Shown in pieces: positions 59,632 through 64,000 of a DNA stretch of 64,000 bases; the stretch's first letter is position 1, and each line of letters begins with the position of its first letter. The position numbers and the translations under genes are program-made. The notes beneath the pieces are model-generated. The model was not told the origin of the DNA. It did no database searches and was given only the letters and a program-made list of their open reading frames with translations. Origin of the DNA: Adineta vaga (taxonomy: Eukaryota > Animalia > Rotifera); NCBI GenBank assembly GCA_021613535.1, contig CP075496.1:12152001-12216000 (forward strand), in the 5' to 3' direction.

Positions 59632-60536
59632 CTTAAAATTATCCTATGCAAAGCAGTGAAATAGTTTCTTTTTTGATGATTGTATTTTCTTCTCCAAAAC
59701 GAAGTTGTCATAATAAAAATTAAAGTAAGTAACAAAGTTACACATTTCTTTAGAGAACATATTTGTATCATCCATCGTGACATAAAGACTTTCATAAAAC
59801 CAAGAAAGAAGAAAATATATAACAAGTGAAAGTCTTTTGCTGATGACATATTAACAGAGAATTGATCGAGAAGAAATGTAATGACTAATCAGAATAACAA
59901 TGCATAGATATAATTGACTCATTACATGTCTTATTATTGTCATCGGAGCAAAATTTCCAAGAAAATAAACAAATATATTGACGAATATTATGAGATATTT
60001 GTTTTTTTTTAGAGAGAGAAAAAATATCTATTTAGTTAATATCAATATCAACACGAATTTGTAGACCAGCAGCTAGTGTTCCAAACGAAAATAAATATGG
60101 AAAACTGAAAAAGGCGAAGAAAACAAAGTTCTTTTCAGATAAGAATATGTTTTGTTTTGTCTTACATAATAGCAGCTTTCCAAGCTAACGCAAAAAGAAA
60201 TCGAAAACACCGTGTCATTATTGATTGTACATGAGTATATGTTTGTGAATGTGAAGATGTCAAAAGTAATGTTTTCAAACTTAACATCATGTACATTGAT
60301 CTAAAAGAAAACAAAAATCATGTATCATCGATAGATCATACGGTAAAATCAATCTAACCTATCTGACTCAGACACCTACGTATCCTTGGCTAATATGACT
60401 GATAACGCTAAGAAGAACGGATGCTATTATCTGTTTTCTCAGATATTTCTCTGACATTATTAATCATCAGAATAAACAAGAGTATAAATACAAGATGTTG
60501 TCTATAGTACTGTAGCTATTCGAATACACTGAGATT

Positions 60537-61772
60537 ATGGGAAATCTACATCCAGCTCGTAATGAACGACCAGAATTAAATGAACGTGAATTATCTTATA
60601 TTATTCTTCATACTCATTTTACACGAAAACAAATAGATCAATTCTATATTCGTTTTCTTACTTATTATCCACGTGGTTATGTCAATTTCGAACAATTTTG
60701 TCAACTTTATTCAGATGAATTAGAACATTTACATAATTCTCGACCATTACTCAAACGATTATTTCATCATATCGATACAGATAAAGATGGTCAATTAAAT
60801 TTTAAAGAAATCTTATTTTTCAAAGCAATTAGTATGCCAGAAAGTGATATTGATGAAAAATTTCGATGGATTTTTTTTCTCTACGATACAAATCAAGATC
60901 ATCAAATAGATAAATATGAATTTCTTCATCTATGTCATTTCGCATACAATATTCATGGAAAATTCTTAACAAAAACTCGACTAAATGAATTCAATTCTTT
61001 CTTCAAAACATTCGATATCGATGGTGATCAACGTTTAAATTGTAAAGAATTTACTCAATTATGTAAAACATGTACTGATCTACTTGAATTAATAACACCT
61101 ATGTTTAACAGTACAAAATGGAATTCTAAAGTATGTAGAATTTCTTTTATGATGCTAACGATCTAATGTTTAATTCTATTTTAGAAAGATGATCATCTAC
61201 CAATATTTCTAACGTCAACAAATGAATTGACTTCGAATAGAATAGAATATCTAATGAAACGAACAAAATTTACTCGTGAACAAATTTTACATTATTATGA
61301 AATCTTTCAATCACGTTGTCATGCAGGTCGATTATCAAAACATGAATTTGTAAATTTTTATCAAAAATTACTACGATCGAATTCAGCAGAAACTTATTGT
61401 GAATTTCTATTTGGTGCTTTTGATAGTCTATTTCATGATGGTTTCATCCAATTTGATGAATATCTCATTGCTATTTACATTCATAGTAATTCGAGTACAG
61501 CACATGAAAAACTTGAATGGCTCTATAATGCTTATGATCGGAATGGAGATGGATTTATTACTTATCATGAAATGAATCAAATTGTTCATGCACTTTTTAT
61601 TTTCTATGATATTGATCGAGAAAAACGTAGTGTCGCTTATGTTGCCTATGAAATCATGTCAATATTAGATTTAAATGATGATGATAAAATATCCAAACAA
61701 GAATTTATGAATATGTTGAAAGATAAAGAACTTACTAGTTTTTTGGCACCATCATTTGTAAAACAAAATTAA
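60537..61772 (+). CDS. Tandem double neuronal-calcium-sensor (recoverin/NCS-like) EF-hand protein, ~393 aa
   Basis: Exons 60537-61130 and 61185-61772 joined in frame by a 54-nt GT-AG intron. Each half has the NCS pattern (THFTR/TKFTR, EKFRWIF/EKLEWLY) and EF-hand loops. Confidence 0.85.
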
Positions 61773-62286
61773 AATAATGTAATGTAATGTCAAATCAAAA
61801 GATAAGATGAGAAGAGAAGAAAAAAAAGCTATTTCAATATCGTTATTATGATTTGTTGAATATGTAAACGAATCAAATTTGATTCGATAGATGTCACTAT
61901 GAAAAGTCTGTTCTCAGCTTTGACACCTCGATAATTTTCCATTATTTATACAAATATTTTCTCGTTTTTTTCTGTATTTATTGTGATTCACGGTATTAAT
62001 AAATAACTTCATATAGTTTTACTTTTATTTTCATCATTCGAAATTTGTACACTGATACAAAAGATATACGAAGCATGACGACAAGAAAATGTAGAAATCG
62101 ATAGAAGGAAAAGAGAGAGAGAGAGAGGGAGCATCTTAGTATATTATTGTCGTTTTTCTCTTCGCTACACCAGTCGGTGTGGGCTTGCTTTAAATCAAGG
62201 TAAACTAAAAAAACTATATATGTTCTCTTTGTTATTTATTGGCATAAATCGAATTTCTGTTTGAACATATTGTGTATTCTTTAGAT

Positions 62287-64000
62287 ATGAAAGCTACACG
62301 TCTTTTTTATGCTCGAAATCTTCTTCATACTCGTACGCAATGTCGAGGTTTGTTAACGATGATAATAGAATGAAATTGAACGATTTATTTATTTAGGAAA
62401 CAGTATTCTTAGTCAAGAACCATCTGGACCAAAAATGAAAACACAGATTCCTGTAAGAAATTTCTAATATCTTCTTTTGTTTTCAGACAGATAAATTTCT
62501 ACTTTCTAGGGTCCAAAATCAAAACAATTCATCAATGACCTTGAGAAAACACAAGTATATTGATTAATTGAACAATCATCTTGAAATAATGTTTATTTGA
62601 TTTGTTAATACAGAATGCTTTAAGCACAATTTTTGTGCTTGACGTTGACAAATCAATTGGTAACTATGCGGTTGATATTGATGGTAATGTTATATTGGAT
62701 ATTTATGAACAAATTGCTTCTCTTGCGTTGGGTAATTTACACAACTTATTGAATTAATAATTATACCATCATCAATTCTACATCTAGGATACAATCATCC
62801 AGCTATTCAAAGAGTATTTCAAGATTCAAAAAATCTTGTATGTCATTTTTTCTGTTATGAATCCATCACACATATTTATTTTGATCTCGATTGATAGAGT
62901 CAACTTGTTAATCGACCAGCACTGGGTGTTCATCCAACACCTCAATTTATAAAACAAATTGATCATACACTTCTACCTGTAATTATTGTGACTTTCTTAA
63001 TGAAATTTTCTTTACTATTATCTAATATAGATTGCACCTAAAGGTTTAGAACATGTTCAACCAATGATGTGTGGTTCATGTTCGAATGAAAATGCATTCA
63101 AAGCTATTTTTATGTGGTATGCAAATAAATTGCGTAATGGAAAAGCATTTACGGATGAAGAAATGAAATCATCTATGCTTAATAAACCACCGGGTTCTCC
63201 AAAACTTTCATTGATGTCATTTGAAGGAGCTTTTCATGGACGAACATTTGGTAATAAATGATACATGTATGATTATCTTTAACGTATTGTGTTCTTTTTT
63301 CTTTCAGGAGCACTATCATGTACACATTCGAAACCAATTCATAAACTTGATATTCCAAGTTTTGATTGGCCTATAGCACCATTTCCACGATATAAATATC
63401 CTTTGAAAGAGAACGAACGTGAAAATAACAAAGAAGATGATAGATGTTTAGCACGTGTAAGTCTACTCTCAATCATTTTATGAACAGAATACATATAATT
63501 ATTGTGCGAGTAGATTGAAGAGTTATTTTATCAATATAAATCCAAACAAAGTCCAGTCGCTGGTGTCATTGTTGAACCAATTCAAAGTGAAGGTGGAGAT
63601 TATCATGGTAGCCCAACATTTTTTCAAAAATTACAAAAAATAACTAAACAAGTAATAAATTGACGAAAAATGAATAATTGAAAATACTGAATTGCTTTTC
63701 TAAAGAACGGTGCAGCATTATTATTTGACGAAGTTCAAACAGGTCTTGGAGCAACCGGAAAATTTTGGGCCTATGAACACTTTAATTTACCAGAAGCACC
63801 AGATGTAGTCACATTTTCGAAAAAATTTCAAACTGGTGGTTATTTTTCTAAAGCAGAATTTCAACCAAAACAGGTTTGTTTGGAAAAAAACCAACGATGA
63901 AAATCTATTTCCTAAGTTTAGCCTTATCGCATATTCAATACTTGGATGGGTGAACCATCTAAATTATTAGTGTTAGATGCTGTATTAAAAACAGTGAAAG
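62287..64000 (+). CDS. ABAT: 4-aminobutyrate aminotransferase, mitochondrial (5' part; runs off the window)
   Basis: [12 protein letters not shown]|[82 protein letters not shown] (PLP lysine), [10 protein letters not shown]. Confidence 0.96.

Overview
AT-rich, gene-dense eukaryotic (metazoan) genomic DNA with mostly ~50-70 nt GT-AG introns. This style resembles a bdelloid rotifer, which is an inference only. The ORF track is fragmented by introns, so genes were reassembled by eye. In order: a convergent pair of degenerate FH2 formin-like genes, MAGT1/TUSC3 (OST3/6), an LRR-like type I membrane protein, a small orphan, MESD, a possible small TM ORF, PBZ-TDP1, WDR81, IQSEC/BRAG ArfGEF, two orphans, ZNFX1, a CHK2-like FHA-kinase, CERK, a tandem double-NCS EF-hand protein, and the 5' part of ABAT. 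No tRNA, rRNA, CRISPR array or intact transposon was seen. The most striking structure is in MAGT1/TUSC3, which the ORF track misses. It has two pairs of duplicated, frame-equivalent exons (putative mutually exclusive cassettes, one pair only 27 nt apart), followed by a 13-nt microexon and a consensus U12-type AT-AC intron.
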